This document shows, one piece after another, positions 1 through 8,249 of a stretch of 63,945 nt of DNA (positions are counted from its first letter, which is position 1; each line of letters opens with the position of its first letter). Source of the stretch: Actinomycetota bacterium (lineage in GTDB: Bacteria > Actinomycetota > UBA4738 > HRBIN12); NCBI GenBank assembly GCA_046731295.1, contig JBKPKU010000081.1, positions 1 to 63,945 of the forward strand, written 5' to 3'. The position numbers and the translations under genes are program-made. The notes below the pieces were generated by a model. It was not told where the DNA came from. It saw nothing but the letters and a program-made list of their open reading frames with translations, and did no database searches.

Positions 1-275
1 TCGATCTTGGAGACCAGGGCCTTGACCTGCTCCTCGGTCACGGGGCGGTTGACCAGGGCCTTGCGGATCCCCGCGAGCATCTTCTCGCGGTCGTACGGCT
101 CGCTGGTCCCGTCGCGCTTGACCACGATCAGGCCGAGCCCCTCGACGCGCTCGTACGTCGTGAACCGGCGGCCGCAGCTCAGGCACTCACGGCGGCGGCG
201 GATCGCCTCTCCCCGCTCGGCCGAACGCGAGTCGACGACCTTGTCCTGGCTGCGCCCGCACCACGGGCATCGCAT
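1..275 (-). CDS. nrdR: Transcriptional repressor NrdR, N-terminal ~91 aa (gene continues past the left edge)
   Basis: Minus-strand translation from ATG at 275-273 reads MRCPWCGRSQDKVVDSRSAERGEAIRRRRECLSCGRRFTTYERVEGLGLIVVKRDG... This is a CxxC-N24-CxxC zinc ribbon followed by the start of an ATP-cone. Absent from the ORF track because there is no stop in the window. Confidence 0.85.
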   Translation of the reverse strand, partial: MRCPWCGRSQDKVVDSRSAERGEAIRRRRECLSCGRRFTTYERVEGLGLIVVKRDGTSEPYDREKMLAGIRKALVNRPVTEEQVKALVSKI

Positions 276-332
276 CGTGTCGAACCCTACATGTGGTGGA
301 CCGCGGCACGGTAGTCGCGAGATGTAGCGCCG

Positions 333-665
333 TCAACGCGGGCGCCGGCGCGCGAGCTGGGTTCGAAGTGCCTCCAGCCGCTCGTCCCACTCGCCGCCCA
401 CGTCCGCCATCCACCGCATCGCGTCGGTCAGCGGACGGGGCGTGAGACGGAACCGCGCGCCGCGTCCGCGGACGTCCGACGCGACGAGCCCCGCCTCCTC
501 GAGCGCCTCCAGGTGCTTGGTCACGGCCTGGCGGCTGACCGGCAGCCGGCGGGCGAGCTCGGTGACGGTGCTCGGGCCTTCCTCCGACAGGCTGCGGATC
601 ACGGCGCGGCGCGTCGGATCCGACAGCGCGGCGAACACGTCGTCCACCCCGCGTTCCGCGATCAT
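333..665 (-). CDS. ArsR/SmtB-family winged-HTH transcriptional regulator
   Basis: ORF 333..809 trimmed to the internal ATG (MIAERGVDDVFAALSDPTRRAVIRSLSEEGPSTVTELARRLPVSRQAVTKHLEALEEAGLV). ATGA overlap with the stop of the upstream SRPBCC gene at 662-664. Confidence 0.8.
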   Translation of the reverse strand: MIAERGVDDVFAALSDPTRRAVIRSLSEEGPSTVTELARRLPVSRQAVTKHLEALEEAGLVASDVRGRGARFRLTPRPLTDAMRWMADVGGEWDERLEALRTQLARRRPR

Positions 666-1036
666 CCCGTAGCTCCCGCAGACACGAGGGGAACCGTCTC
701 CTCGGTCACCGTGAGGCGCGTCCCCGCCGGATCGGGCTCGAGGAGGAAGGTCACCATCGTGGCCTCGCCGACCTCGAGCGAGATCCCGGCGCCGGCGAGC
801 CGCCTCCACCGGAAGGACAGCGATCGCCCGGGCTCGGCCGCCTCGACCAGCCCCCGCCGGGTGCTGCCGTCCGCCTCGCGTACGACGAGGGACCCGCCGG
901 GCCGGAGGTCGAGGTCGAGGACCTCGCCGAGCCAGCCCGAGAGCTCCTCCGGAGTCGTCAGCGTGACCCAGACCTCGTCCGGGTCCGCCGGCAGCAGCAC
1001 CGTTCGGCGGACGCGCTCCTCGCTCACGTCCCCCAT
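662..1036 (-). CDS. SRPBCC / Aha1-like (activator of Hsp90 ATPase homolog 1-like) domain protein
   Basis: Sequence ...RVRRTVLLPADPDEVWVTLTTPEELSGWLGE... is typical of SRPBCC proteins paired with ArsR regulators. Start uncertain (ATG 1036, GTG 1063 or GTG 1027). Confidence 0.65.
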   Translation of the reverse strand: MGDVSEERVRRTVLLPADPDEVWVTLTTPEELSGWLGEVLDLDLRPGGSLVVREADGSTRRGLVEAAEPGRSLSFRWRRLAGAGISLEVGEATMVTFLLEPDPAGTRLTVTEETVPLVSAGATG

Positions 1037-1041
1037 CCTAC

Positions 1042-1057
1042 GCAACCAGGCGGTTGC
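1042..1057. promoter_or_regulatory. Inverted repeat GCAACC-AGGC-GGTTGC (candidate ArsR-type operator, site 1)
   Basis: Perfect 6-4-6 palindrome read directly. It overlaps the 5' end of the SRPBCC gene and has the same half-sites as the palindrome at 1083-1112. Confidence 0.45.
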
Positions 1058-1082
1058 CAACACGTCGGCCGCGCGCTAGCGT

Positions 1083-1112
1083 CGACTCCGCAACCGAGCG
1101 GTTGCGGAGTCG
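1083..1112. promoter_or_regulatory. Perfect 30-bp palindrome CGACTCCGCAACCG-AG-CGGTTGCGGAGTCG (candidate operator or 5'-UTR hairpin upstream of clpP)
   Basis: 14-2-14 perfect inverted repeat read directly. Ends 5 nt before the clpP Shine-Dalgarno (GAGGAGG 1118-1124). No gene ends here, so it is not a terminator. Confidence 0.5.
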
Positions 1113-1129
1113 CTGACGAGGAGGAAGAA

Positions 1130-1792
1130 ATGGGGTTCCGAGCCGGACCGCTGGTCCCGACCGTGATCGAGGAGAGCACGCGGGGCGAGCGCGCGTTCGA
1201 CATCTACTCGCGACTGTTGCGCGAGCGCATCGTGTTCCTCGGCGAGCCGATCGACGACGCCGTGGCCAACACCGTCGTCGCGCAGCTGCTGTTCCTGGAC
1301 TCGGTCGAGCCGGGCAGCGAGGTGGCGATGTACGTGAACAGCCCCGGGGGATCGTCGACCGCGCTCTTCGCCATCTACGACACGATGCGCTTCCTCCGCT
1401 CCGACGTCGCGACCTACTGCCTGGGCCAGGCCGCCTCGGCGGCCGCGGTGATCCTGGCGGCGGGGACCCCGGGGAAGCGGTTCGCCCTTCCGAACTCGCG
1501 GGTCCTGCTCCACCAGCCGCACGGCGGCGTCGAGGGGCAGTCGGCAGACATCGAGATCCACGCCCGCGAGATCGGCCGCCAGCGGCGCCGCGTCGAGGAG
1601 ATCCTGGCCGAGCACACCGGGCGACCCGTCGAGAAGATCCACGCCGACACCGAGCGCGACTTCATCCTCGGGCCGGAGGAGGCCCGAGACTACGGGGTGG
1701 TGGATCAGGTCGTGCAGAGCCGGCAGCTGGTCGGGGTGCCGCGGCCGATCGAGCTTCGGCCTCAGGTGCCGACGGAAACGACCAGGACCTGA
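1130..1792 (+). CDS. clpP: ATP-dependent Clp protease proteolytic subunit
   Basis: LVPTVIEESTRGERAFDIYSRLL..., with Ser (GQAASAAA), His (LLHQPHGG) and Asp (DTERD) triad motifs present. SD GAGGAGG lies upstream of the ATG. Confidence 0.9.
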   Translation: MGFRAGPLVPTVIEESTRGERAFDIYSRLLRERIVFLGEPIDDAVANTVVAQLLFLDSVEPGSEVAMYVNSPGGSSTALFAIYDTMRFLRSDVATYCLGQAASAAAVILAAGTPGKRFALPNSRVLLHQPHGGVEGQSADIEIHAREIGRQRRRVEEILAEHTGRPVEKIHADTERDFILGPEEARDYGVVDQVVQSRQLVGVPRPIELRPQVPTETTRT

Positions 1793-2052
1793 CCGGGCAC
1801 GAGCTCGCCCGCCGAGATCCCGTTGTCGGCCGAGAGCGAGTCGACGATCGAACGCGGGTCGCCGCCCGGCGACAGCTGGCGTGCGATCGACCACAGGGTG
1901 TCGCCCCGCCTGACCACATAGCCGGTTCGGTCGACCCGGACCGGCGCGTCCGGCGCCAGCGCGCGCAGGGTCGGCCCCGCCCAGGCGGCCCCGACCAGCA
2001 CCGCGCAGACCGCGAGGGTGGTCCAGCGCCGACGAACACGTGTTCGACTCAC
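1762..2052 (-). CDS. LysM-domain membrane-anchored protein, divergent from lexA
   Basis: N-terminal hydrophobic anchor followed by YVVRRGDTLWSIARQL...NGISAGELVPGQVLVV (LysM). A LysM gene divergent from lexA is a conserved actinobacterial arrangement. Confidence 0.75.
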   Translation of the reverse strand: MSRTRVRRRWTTLAVCAVLVGAAWAGPTLRALAPDAPVRVDRTGYVVRRGDTLWSIARQLSPGGDPRSIVDSLSADNGISAGELVPGQVLVVSVGT

Positions 2053-2064
2053 GCCGCTATCCTA

Positions 2065-2080
2065 CCGAACAGGTGTTCGA
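2065..2080. promoter_or_regulatory. LexA (SOS) box CCGAAC-AGGT-GTTCGA
   Basis: Matches the Gram-positive/actinobacterial CGAAC-N4-GTTCG consensus. Lies in the LysM-lexA divergent spacer. The 15-nt core is identical to the recA box at 14164-14178. Confidence 0.8.
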
Positions 2081-2094
2081 CGTCAAGGGCCGAT

Positions 2095-2110
2095 TCGAAC
2101 ATATGTTTGA
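2095..2110. promoter_or_regulatory. Second LexA box TCGAAC-ATAT-GTTTGA
   Basis: One mismatch to the palindromic consensus. Lies 52 nt upstream of the lexA ATG. Confidence 0.65.
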
Positions 2111-2161
2111 ACGTTTCCCTCGCCCGTGCTACGGTCCGCCAGGCTAGAAGGAGGCACCGAC

Positions 2162-2806
2162 ATGGCTCCCAAGGGATCGCCCGGGGCGGCCGAGACCGAG
2201 CCCATGACCGCTCGGCAACGCCGGATCCTGGACTTCATCGCCGAGACCGTCCAGAGGCGCGGCTACCCCCCCACCGTTCGCGAGATCGGGGAGGCGGTCG
2301 GGCTGACCTCGTCCTCCAGCGTGCACGCGCAGCTCGCGAACCTCGAGCGGCGGGGCCTGCTGCGAAAGGACCCGACCAAGCCGCGCGCCATGACGCTTTC
2401 GGACAGCGAGCGGGCCGAGGGCGTCGTGGTCCCGCTGCTCGGCCGGATCGCGGCCGGCACGCCGGTCCTGGCCGAGCAGAACGTCGAGGACCATCTGGTC
2501 GTGCCGATGGGGTTCGCCGGCGACGCGGAGCACTTCGCGCTCACGGTCCACGGCGACTCGATGGTCGGGGCGGGCATCCTGGACGGGGATGTCGTCATCG
2601 TCCGGGCGCAGGACGCCGCGGACGATCGCGACGTGGTCGCCGTCCTGCTCCCCGGGCCCGCCGAGGACGAGGCGACGGTCAAGCGGATCCGGCGCCAGCG
2701 CGGCCGCGTGATACTCGTTCCCGAGAACCCGTCGATGGAGCCGTTCGAGATGGACCCGGAGGGGCGCATCGTGGGCCGGGTCGTCGCGGTCCTGCGCAGG
2801 CTCTAG
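2162..2806 (+). CDS. lexA: SOS repressor LexA
   Basis: RQRRILDFIAETVQRRGYPPTVREIGEAVGLTSSSSVHAQLANLERRGLL (wHTH) plus a C-terminal S24 peptidase domain (VHGDSM...VKR). Start placed at the ATG after SD GAAGGAGG, 12 codons inside ORF 2126..2806. Confidence 0.9.
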   Translation: MAPKGSPGAAETEPMTARQRRILDFIAETVQRRGYPPTVREIGEAVGLTSSSSVHAQLANLERRGLLRKDPTKPRAMTLSDSERAEGVVVPLLGRIAAGTPVLAEQNVEDHLVVPMGFAGDAEHFALTVHGDSMVGAGILDGDVVIVRAQDAADDRDVVAVLLPGPAEDEATVKRIRRQRGRVILVPENPSMEPFEMDPEGRIVGRVVAVLRRL

Positions 2807-2836
2807 GCTCGGCGAACCCGCCCGCAGGGGAGGCCC

Positions 2837-3817
2837 GTGTCCGACCGCTCGACCGCGCTCGAACGCCAGATCGCGTCCCAGCCCGAGCGGCTCGAGGCCG
2901 TGCTCGAGGGGCCGCTCCCCCGCTCGGCCGTCGAACGCCTCCGCGACGCCTCGCGGATCTGGCTCGTCGGCACCGGCACCAGCCAGCACGCGGCCGAGCT
3001 CGGCGCGTGGATGTTCCAGGAGGGCGGCCGGGCGGCACACGCGATGGGCTCGATGGCGTTCGCGAACCGGACGCCGCCGCTCGCCGACGGCGACGCGCTC
3101 GTCCTCATCAGCCACAACGCCGGCGCCGAGACCGCGTACGCGGGCGCGGCGTGGACGCTCGCCTCTCGGGCGGGCCTGCCGGTCGTCGCGATCACACGGA
3201 CCGGCGGCGCGCTCCCCGACCCCGTGGAGACCGTCGAGAAGGAGACCTCGCACACGTACACGGTGAGCTACACGGCGGCGCTGGTGCAGCTGGCGCGGCT
3301 GGCGTTCGAGCTCGGCGCGGAGACGTTCTCGCCGGAGGTCCTCCGCCGCGTCCCGGACGCGGTTCGCTCGGCGATCGGGGACCCCGCGCCGGTCGAACAG
3401 CCGGAGCGGCTGCTCGTGTTCACCGGCGAGGGGCCGGCCGGCGTCACCGCGCGCGAGGGCGCCCTCAAGGTGCGCGAGGCCTCGAGGTTCCCGGCCGAGG
3501 GCTACGACGTCGAGGCGCTGCTGCACGGCCACGCCGTGCCACTCGACGCGTCCGATCATCTCGTCACGCTCGTCCCACCCGACACGCACGGCCTGACGGC
3601 GGGCGTCGAGCCGGTGGCCCGGGCGGCCGGGATCGACGTCATCAGGATCGAGGAGCCCGCCGACCTGCCGCCGCTCCTCGCGCAGATCCCGCTCTCGGTT
3701 CGGCTGCAGGCGCTCGCGCTGCGGTTCGCCCTCGAGCGCGGACGCAACCCCGACGTCGCGATCGAGGGCCCGTGGGACGACCCCGGGCTGTGGGCGATCG
3801 GGTCGCCCGGGACCTAG
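2837..3817 (+). CDS. SIS (sugar isomerase) domain protein, GlmS-isomerase-like
   Basis: Two SIS-like halves (IWLVGTGTSQHAA..., LLVFTGEGPAGVTAREGALKVRE...). GTG start after GGGGAGG. Confidence 0.6.
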   Translation: MSDRSTALERQIASQPERLEAVLEGPLPRSAVERLRDASRIWLVGTGTSQHAAELGAWMFQEGGRAAHAMGSMAFANRTPPLADGDALVLISHNAGAETAYAGAAWTLASRAGLPVVAITRTGGALPDPVETVEKETSHTYTVSYTAALVQLARLAFELGAETFSPEVLRRVPDAVRSAIGDPAPVEQPERLLVFTGEGPAGVTAREGALKVREASRFPAEGYDVEALLHGHAVPLDASDHLVTLVPPDTHGLTAGVEPVARAAGIDVIRIEEPADLPPLLAQIPLSVRLQALALRFALERGRNPDVAIEGPWDDPGLWAIGSPGT

Positions 3818-4827
3818 GACGCCGCCTCGGCCAGCGCGCGGATCGCCTCGACCTCGCGCGTCTCGGCCAGCAGGGCGGTGACGCCTGCGGCGCGCCACGC
3901 GTTCAGGCGCTCGCGAACGCGACCGACCGGGCCGGTCAGGCAAAGCTCGTCCACCATCGCGTCGGGGACCAACGCCGCCGCCTCCGCGCGGCGTCCGTCC
4001 AGGAACGCCTCCTGGATCCGTTCCGCCGCGTCCCCGAACCCGTACCGCGTGACCGCGTCCTTGTAGAAGTTCGCCTCGCGCGAACCCATGCCGCCCACGT
4101 ACCGCGCGAGGTGGGGTCGCAGTTCGTCCCGGCACGCGCCGATGTCCCCGCCGAACGCGATCGCGACGACGGGTGCGAGGTCGAAGCTCGAGCGGTCCCT
4201 CCCGCCCCGCGCTCGGCCCGCCTCGAGCGCATCCCCGAACACGTCTGCTCGCTCCGGCGAGTACAGGTACGGCATCCACCCGTCGGCGATCTCGGCGGCG
4301 AGCGCGACGTTCAGCGGCCCCATGGCTGCGAGGTAGATGGGGAGATCCGGACGCAGCGCCCGCACGTTCGGTTTGAGCGGCCGACCCGCTCCCCCGGGCA
4401 CCGGCAGCGGGTAGTGCGGCCCGGCCGCGGTCACCGGCGCATCGCGACGCAGGACGTCCCGGACGATGCCGACGTACTCGCGCGTGCGTTCGAGCGGGTG
4501 AGCGAACGGCGTGCCGTGCCACCCCTCCGCGACCTGTGGCCCCGAGACCCCCAGCCCGAGCCGGAACCGCCCGCCGCTCAGGTGGTCGAGCGTGAGCGCC
4601 GTCATCGCGGTCGCGGTCGGTGTACGGCCGGCCATCTGCAGGACGCCGGTCCCCACGCCGATGCGCTCCGTGCGCGCCGCGATCCAGGTGGCCAGGATCG
4701 CGGCGTCCGAACCCCACGTCTCGGAGGTCCACACGGAGTCGAACCCGACCCGCTCGGCCTCCAGGGCGAGTTGGGCGACGTCGTTCGGACGCCCCTCCCA
4801 GTGCCCGACGTGGATGCCGATCCGCAC
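3814..4827 (-). CDS. LLM-class (luciferase-like) F420-dependent oxidoreductase
   Basis: MRIGIHVGHW...GFDSVWTSETWGSDA...LDHLSGGRFRLGLGVSGPQVAEGWHG..., typical of the luciferase-like monooxygenase family. Confidence 0.75.
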   Translation of the reverse strand: MRIGIHVGHWEGRPNDVAQLALEAERVGFDSVWTSETWGSDAAILATWIAARTERIGVGTGVLQMAGRTPTATAMTALTLDHLSGGRFRLGLGVSGPQVAEGWHGTPFAHPLERTREYVGIVRDVLRRDAPVTAAGPHYPLPVPGGAGRPLKPNVRALRPDLPIYLAAMGPLNVALAAEIADGWMPYLYSPERADVFGDALEAGRARGGRDRSSFDLAPVVAIAFGGDIGACRDELRPHLARYVGGMGSREANFYKDAVTRYGFGDAAERIQEAFLDGRRAEAAALVPDAMVDELCLTGPVGRVRERLNAWRAAGVTALLAETREVEAIRALAEAAS

Positions 4828-4849
4828 GGGCGGAGGCTACCCGAGGGTC

Positions 4850-6196
4850 CTAGCCTGCCGCGCGCTCCGAGGTGGGTTCGACGACGTAGGGGACGACCGC
4901 CGCGTGCTCGCGTTCGTTCACGCGAGCGTGCACGAGGGTGCCGTCGGTTCGCGCCTCCTCCGAGAGCACCTCGGCATTGCGGTACAGCATCGCCGTGATG
5001 TCTTCGCGCCCCCACGGCACCAGGATCGTCACGTCCACGGGGAAGCGAGGCAGCGCGTCCTCGATCCGCTCCATCAGTCGGTCGAGGTTCTCGCCGGTGA
5101 CCGCGCTGATCGGAAGGGCGTCCCCGTCGATGCGTGACGCGACCCGTGCGCGCTCGGTCTCGGAGATCCGGTCGATCTTGTTGAGCGCCAGGACCTCGGG
5201 GATCCGCGCGGCGCCGATCTCCGCGAGCACTTCGCGCACCGCGTCGATCTGGTCCGCTAGCTCCGGCGAGGACGCGTCGGCGACGTGGACGATCAGCGTC
5301 GAGCGCGCGACCTCCTCGAGCGTCGAGCGGAAGGCCTCGACGAGATCGTGGGGGAGCTTGCTCACGAACCCGACGGTGTCCGAGAGCGTCGCGGCGCGTC
5401 CCGAGGGCAGCTGGATCCTGCGGACCGTCGGATCCAGCGTCGCGAACAGCTGGTTGGCAACGACGACGTCCGAACGCGTGAGCGCGTTCATCAGCGTGGA
5501 CTTGCCGGCGTTGGTGTAGCCGGCGATCGCGACCTGCGGGACGCCCGAGCGCTCGCGGCTCGAGCGCTTGACCTCGCGTTGACGGGCGAGGTCCTTGAGG
5601 TCCTTGCGAAGCTTGGAGATCCTGCGGCGGATGTGCTGGCGGTCCGTTTCCATCTTCGTCTCGCCGCCGCCCATCCGGGTGCCGATCCCACCCCCCGAAC
5701 GGCTCATGGCCTCGCCCCAGCCGCGCAGACGCGGGAGCAGATAGTTCAGCTGCGCGAGCTCCACCTGCGCCTTGCCCTCGCGGCTTCGCGCATGCAGCGC
5801 GAAGATGTCGAGGATCAGCGCGGTGCGATCGATCACCTTGACCTTCAGGCGCTCCTCCAGGTTCCGGAGCTGGCCCGGCGTGAGCTCGTCGTCCAGGATC
5901 ACGGCCTCGGCACCGTTGCGGTGCAACGCCTGGTGGACCTCGTCGATCTTGCCTCGGCCGACGAACGTGGCCGGGTTCGGATCTTGGCGCGTCTGGACCA
6001 CCCGCGCCACGGGTTCGGCGCCGGCCGAGTCCGCGAGCGCCGCGAGCTCGTCGAGGTCGCCCTCCTCCATCCCGCGCCCCACGCCGACCAGGACGGCCTT
6101 CTCGGGGACGCGCGGCCGCCAGGTCGCCGCGAGGGGCGACTCGAGGGTCGTGGTCTCGTGGACCCCGCGCCTTGTCGGGCCGTTGCCGCTCGTCAC
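4850..6196 (-). CDS. hflX: GTPase HflX
   Basis: HflX N-domain (GKAQVELAQLNYLLPRL), G1 GYTNAGKST, G3 DTVGF, G4 NKID. ORF 4850..6610 trimmed to the GTG forming a GTGA overlap with the dapL stop. Confidence 0.85.
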   Translation of the reverse strand: MTSGNGPTRRGVHETTTLESPLAATWRPRVPEKAVLVGVGRGMEEGDLDELAALADSAGAEPVARVVQTRQDPNPATFVGRGKIDEVHQALHRNGAEAVILDDELTPGQLRNLEERLKVKVIDRTALILDIFALHARSREGKAQVELAQLNYLLPRLRGWGEAMSRSGGGIGTRMGGGETKMETDRQHIRRRISKLRKDLKDLARQREVKRSSRERSGVPQVAIAGYTNAGKSTLMNALTRSDVVVANQLFATLDPTVRRIQLPSGRAATLSDTVGFVSKLPHDLVEAFRSTLEEVARSTLIVHVADASSPELADQIDAVREVLAEIGAARIPEVLALNKIDRISETERARVASRIDGDALPISAVTGENLDRLMERIEDALPRFPVDVTILVPWGREDITAMLYRNAEVLSEEARTDGTLVHARVNEREHAAVVPYVVEPTSERAAG

Positions 6197-7347
6197 GCGA
6201 GGGCTCGGCCGACGCGGTCCATGGCCTCGGCGAGCCGGTCGTCCGGGACCGTGAGTGAGAACCGGACGAAGCCCTCGCCGCGCTCGCCGTAGCCGTTGCC
6301 CGGCGCCACGAACACTCCCGTCTCGTCCAGCAGCCGGTCGGCGAACGCCACCGAGGACTCGCCGTCGGGGGTCGGCGCCCACACGTAGCACGAGCCGAGC
6401 GGCGGCTTGAGCGACCACCCGAGCCCGTTCAGCGTGCCCACGACGAGGTCGCGCCGGCGCTGATAGGTCGCGCGGAGCTCGTCCAGGTGCTCCCCGGGAC
6501 TCTCGAGCGCGGCGATCGCGGCTCGTTGCACCGCGGTGAACTGCCCGCTGTCCAGGTTGGTCTTCACCACCCCGAGCGCGCGGATCGCCTCGGCCGAGCC
6601 CGCCGCCCACCCGATCCGCCAGCCGGTCATGTTGTAGAACTTCGACGCCGAGCCGAACTCGAGCGTGACCTCCTTGGCGCCCGGCGCCTGCAGCGCGGAC
6701 GGCGCGACGTACCCGTCGAACGTGATCTCCGTGTACGCGGCGTCGTGGAGCAGCAGCAGGTCGTGCTCGCGCGCGAACGCGACCGCCCGCTCGAACGTGT
6801 CGAGGTCCGCGACCGCGGCCGTCGGGTTGCTCGGGAAGTTGAGCCAGATCGTCTTGGTTCGCTCGCTCACCGCGGCCGCGTCGAGGCCTGGCAGGAACCC
6901 GGACTCCTCGGTCATCGGCAGCGAGACCGGCGTGCCGCCCGCCAGGCGCGTCGAGACCCCGTACACCGGGTAGCCGGGATCGGGGATCAGCGCCTCGTCG
7001 CCCGGGTCGACGTACGCGAACGCGATGTGCCCGATCCCCTCCTTCGAGCCGATCAACGCCATGATCTCGTTCTCGGGGTCGAGCTCGACGCCGAACCGCC
7101 GCGCGTACCAGCCGGCCACGGCCCGCCGGAACTCGGGGCCTCCGTAGTAGCTCGGGTACTGGTGCGTCGAAGGATCCGTCACGGCCTCGCGCATCGCCTC
7201 GACGATGTGGTCGGGCGTGGGCAGGTCGGGGTCGCCCACCCCCAGCGAGATCACGTCCACGCCCTCGGCGCGTTTGGCCGCGAGCTTCTTGTCGAGCTCG
7301 GCGAACAGGTACGGCGGCAGCGCCTCGACGCGCTTGGCGATCCTCAC
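6193..7347 (-). CDS. dapL: LL-diaminopimelate aminotransferase (class I/II PLP aminotransferase)
   Basis: LPPYLFAELDKKLAAKRAEGVDVISLGVGDPDLPTP...NPTAAV...SASKFYNMTGWRIGW (PLP Lys). GTGA overlap with the dapF stop. The upstream part of ORF 6193..7545 is Arg-rich read-through. Confidence 0.7.
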   Translation of the reverse strand: MRIAKRVEALPPYLFAELDKKLAAKRAEGVDVISLGVGDPDLPTPDHIVEAMREAVTDPSTHQYPSYYGGPEFRRAVAGWYARRFGVELDPENEIMALIGSKEGIGHIAFAYVDPGDEALIPDPGYPVYGVSTRLAGGTPVSLPMTEESGFLPGLDAAAVSERTKTIWLNFPSNPTAAVADLDTFERAVAFAREHDLLLLHDAAYTEITFDGYVAPSALQAPGAKEVTLEFGSASKFYNMTGWRIGWAAGSAEAIRALGVVKTNLDSGQFTAVQRAAIAALESPGEHLDELRATYQRRRDLVVGTLNGLGWSLKPPLGSCYVWAPTPDGESSVAFADRLLDETGVFVAPGNGYGERGEGFVRFSLTVPDDRLAEAMDRVGRALA

Positions 7348-8234
7348 CAGGTGAGCCCTCGCGCGGCGAGCCACGCGTCGTCGATCTCGGCCCGGAAGAC
7401 GCGCTCGGCCGGGCCGATCAGGAACACCTGCTCGGGCGTGCGGTCGACCATCACCGTCCCGCCGGGGAACCGGACCTCGGCTCGGGCGGGGACCAGGCCC
7501 GCCTCGTTCGCGGCGACCAGCGCGGCGCACGCGCCCGTGCCGCACGCCATCGTCTCCCCCGACCCGCGCTCCCAGACGCGGAGCTTCACGGCGCCGTCGT
7601 CGACCGCGACGAACTCGACGTTGGTCTTCTCGGGGAAGCGCGGGTCGTGCTCGATCCTCGGCCCGAGCGTCCGAACGTCGACCTGATCGGGATCGCGCTC
7701 GACGAACAGCACCAGATGCGGGTTCCCCATCGACACCGCGCTCGCCTTGAACGCCTGCCCGTCGACCTCGAAGGCCTCGGTCAGGAAGGGTTCGGAGGCC
7801 GGGCCATGCATCGGGATCTCGCCGCGCGCGAACGCGGGCGGACCCATCCCCACCGTCACCGTCCGGACGACGCCGTCATCGACATCGAGCGACAGATGCT
7901 TCGTCCCGGCGCGCGAGCCGACCTCGAGCTCGGTCTCGGTCGTCAGCCCGTGTTCGAACACGAGCTTGCCGAGGCACCGGATGCCGTTGCCGCACATCTC
8001 GGCGAGCGACCCGTCGCTGTTGCGGTAGTCCATGAAGAAGGCCTCGCCCGGGTTCTGCCCCGGCGCGACGCGGATCACGCCGTCGGCGCCGACGCCCGTG
8101 TGCCGGTTGCACAGCGCGGCGACCAGCTTCGCCGAGAGCGGACGCGCGTCATCGAGGTCCTCGAACATCACGAAGTCGTTGCCGGTGCCGTGGACCTTCC
8201 AGATCGTCTTCGGCTCGGTCACCGCGTGCTCCAC
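7344..8234 (-). CDS. dapF: Diaminopimelate epimerase
   Basis: HGTGNDFVMF, CGNGIRC and ACGTGACA catalytic Cys motifs, and MGNPHLV. Confidence 0.9.
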   Translation of the reverse strand: MEHAVTEPKTIWKVHGTGNDFVMFEDLDDARPLSAKLVAALCNRHTGVGADGVIRVAPGQNPGEAFFMDYRNSDGSLAEMCGNGIRCLGKLVFEHGLTTETELEVGSRAGTKHLSLDVDDGVVRTVTVGMGPPAFARGEIPMHGPASEPFLTEAFEVDGQAFKASAVSMGNPHLVLFVERDPDQVDVRTLGPRIEHDPRFPEKTNVEFVAVDDGAVKLRVWERGSGETMACGTGACAALVAANEAGLVPARAEVRFPGGTVMVDRTPEQVFLIGPAERVFRAEIDDAWLAARGLTW

Positions 8235-8249
8235 GTCATACGTCCTGCG

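Noticed and set aside
7-327. 106-aa plus-strand ORF at the left edge
   Set aside because: The opposite strand encodes an unmistakable NrdR zinc-ribbon N-terminus. The plus-strand product is Arg/Ser-rich nonsense.
276-332. TCGAAC half-site and CTACAT...ATGTAG inverted repeat between the ArsR gene and nrdR, as a possible LexA box
   Set aside because: Only one half of the CGAAC-N4-GTTCG motif is present (TCGAACCCTACATGTG). The 6-bp arms are separated by 29 nt, which is too weak to call.
2107-4998. 963-aa plus-strand ORF and its 862-aa minus-strand partner (2144..4732), spanning lexA, the SIS gene and the LLM oxidoreductase
   Set aside because: The products are extremely Arg/Gly/Pro/Ala-rich with no motifs. 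They lie out of frame with or antisense to three genes that have clear family signatures. This is the typical stop-codon-poor alternate frame of ~70% GC DNA.
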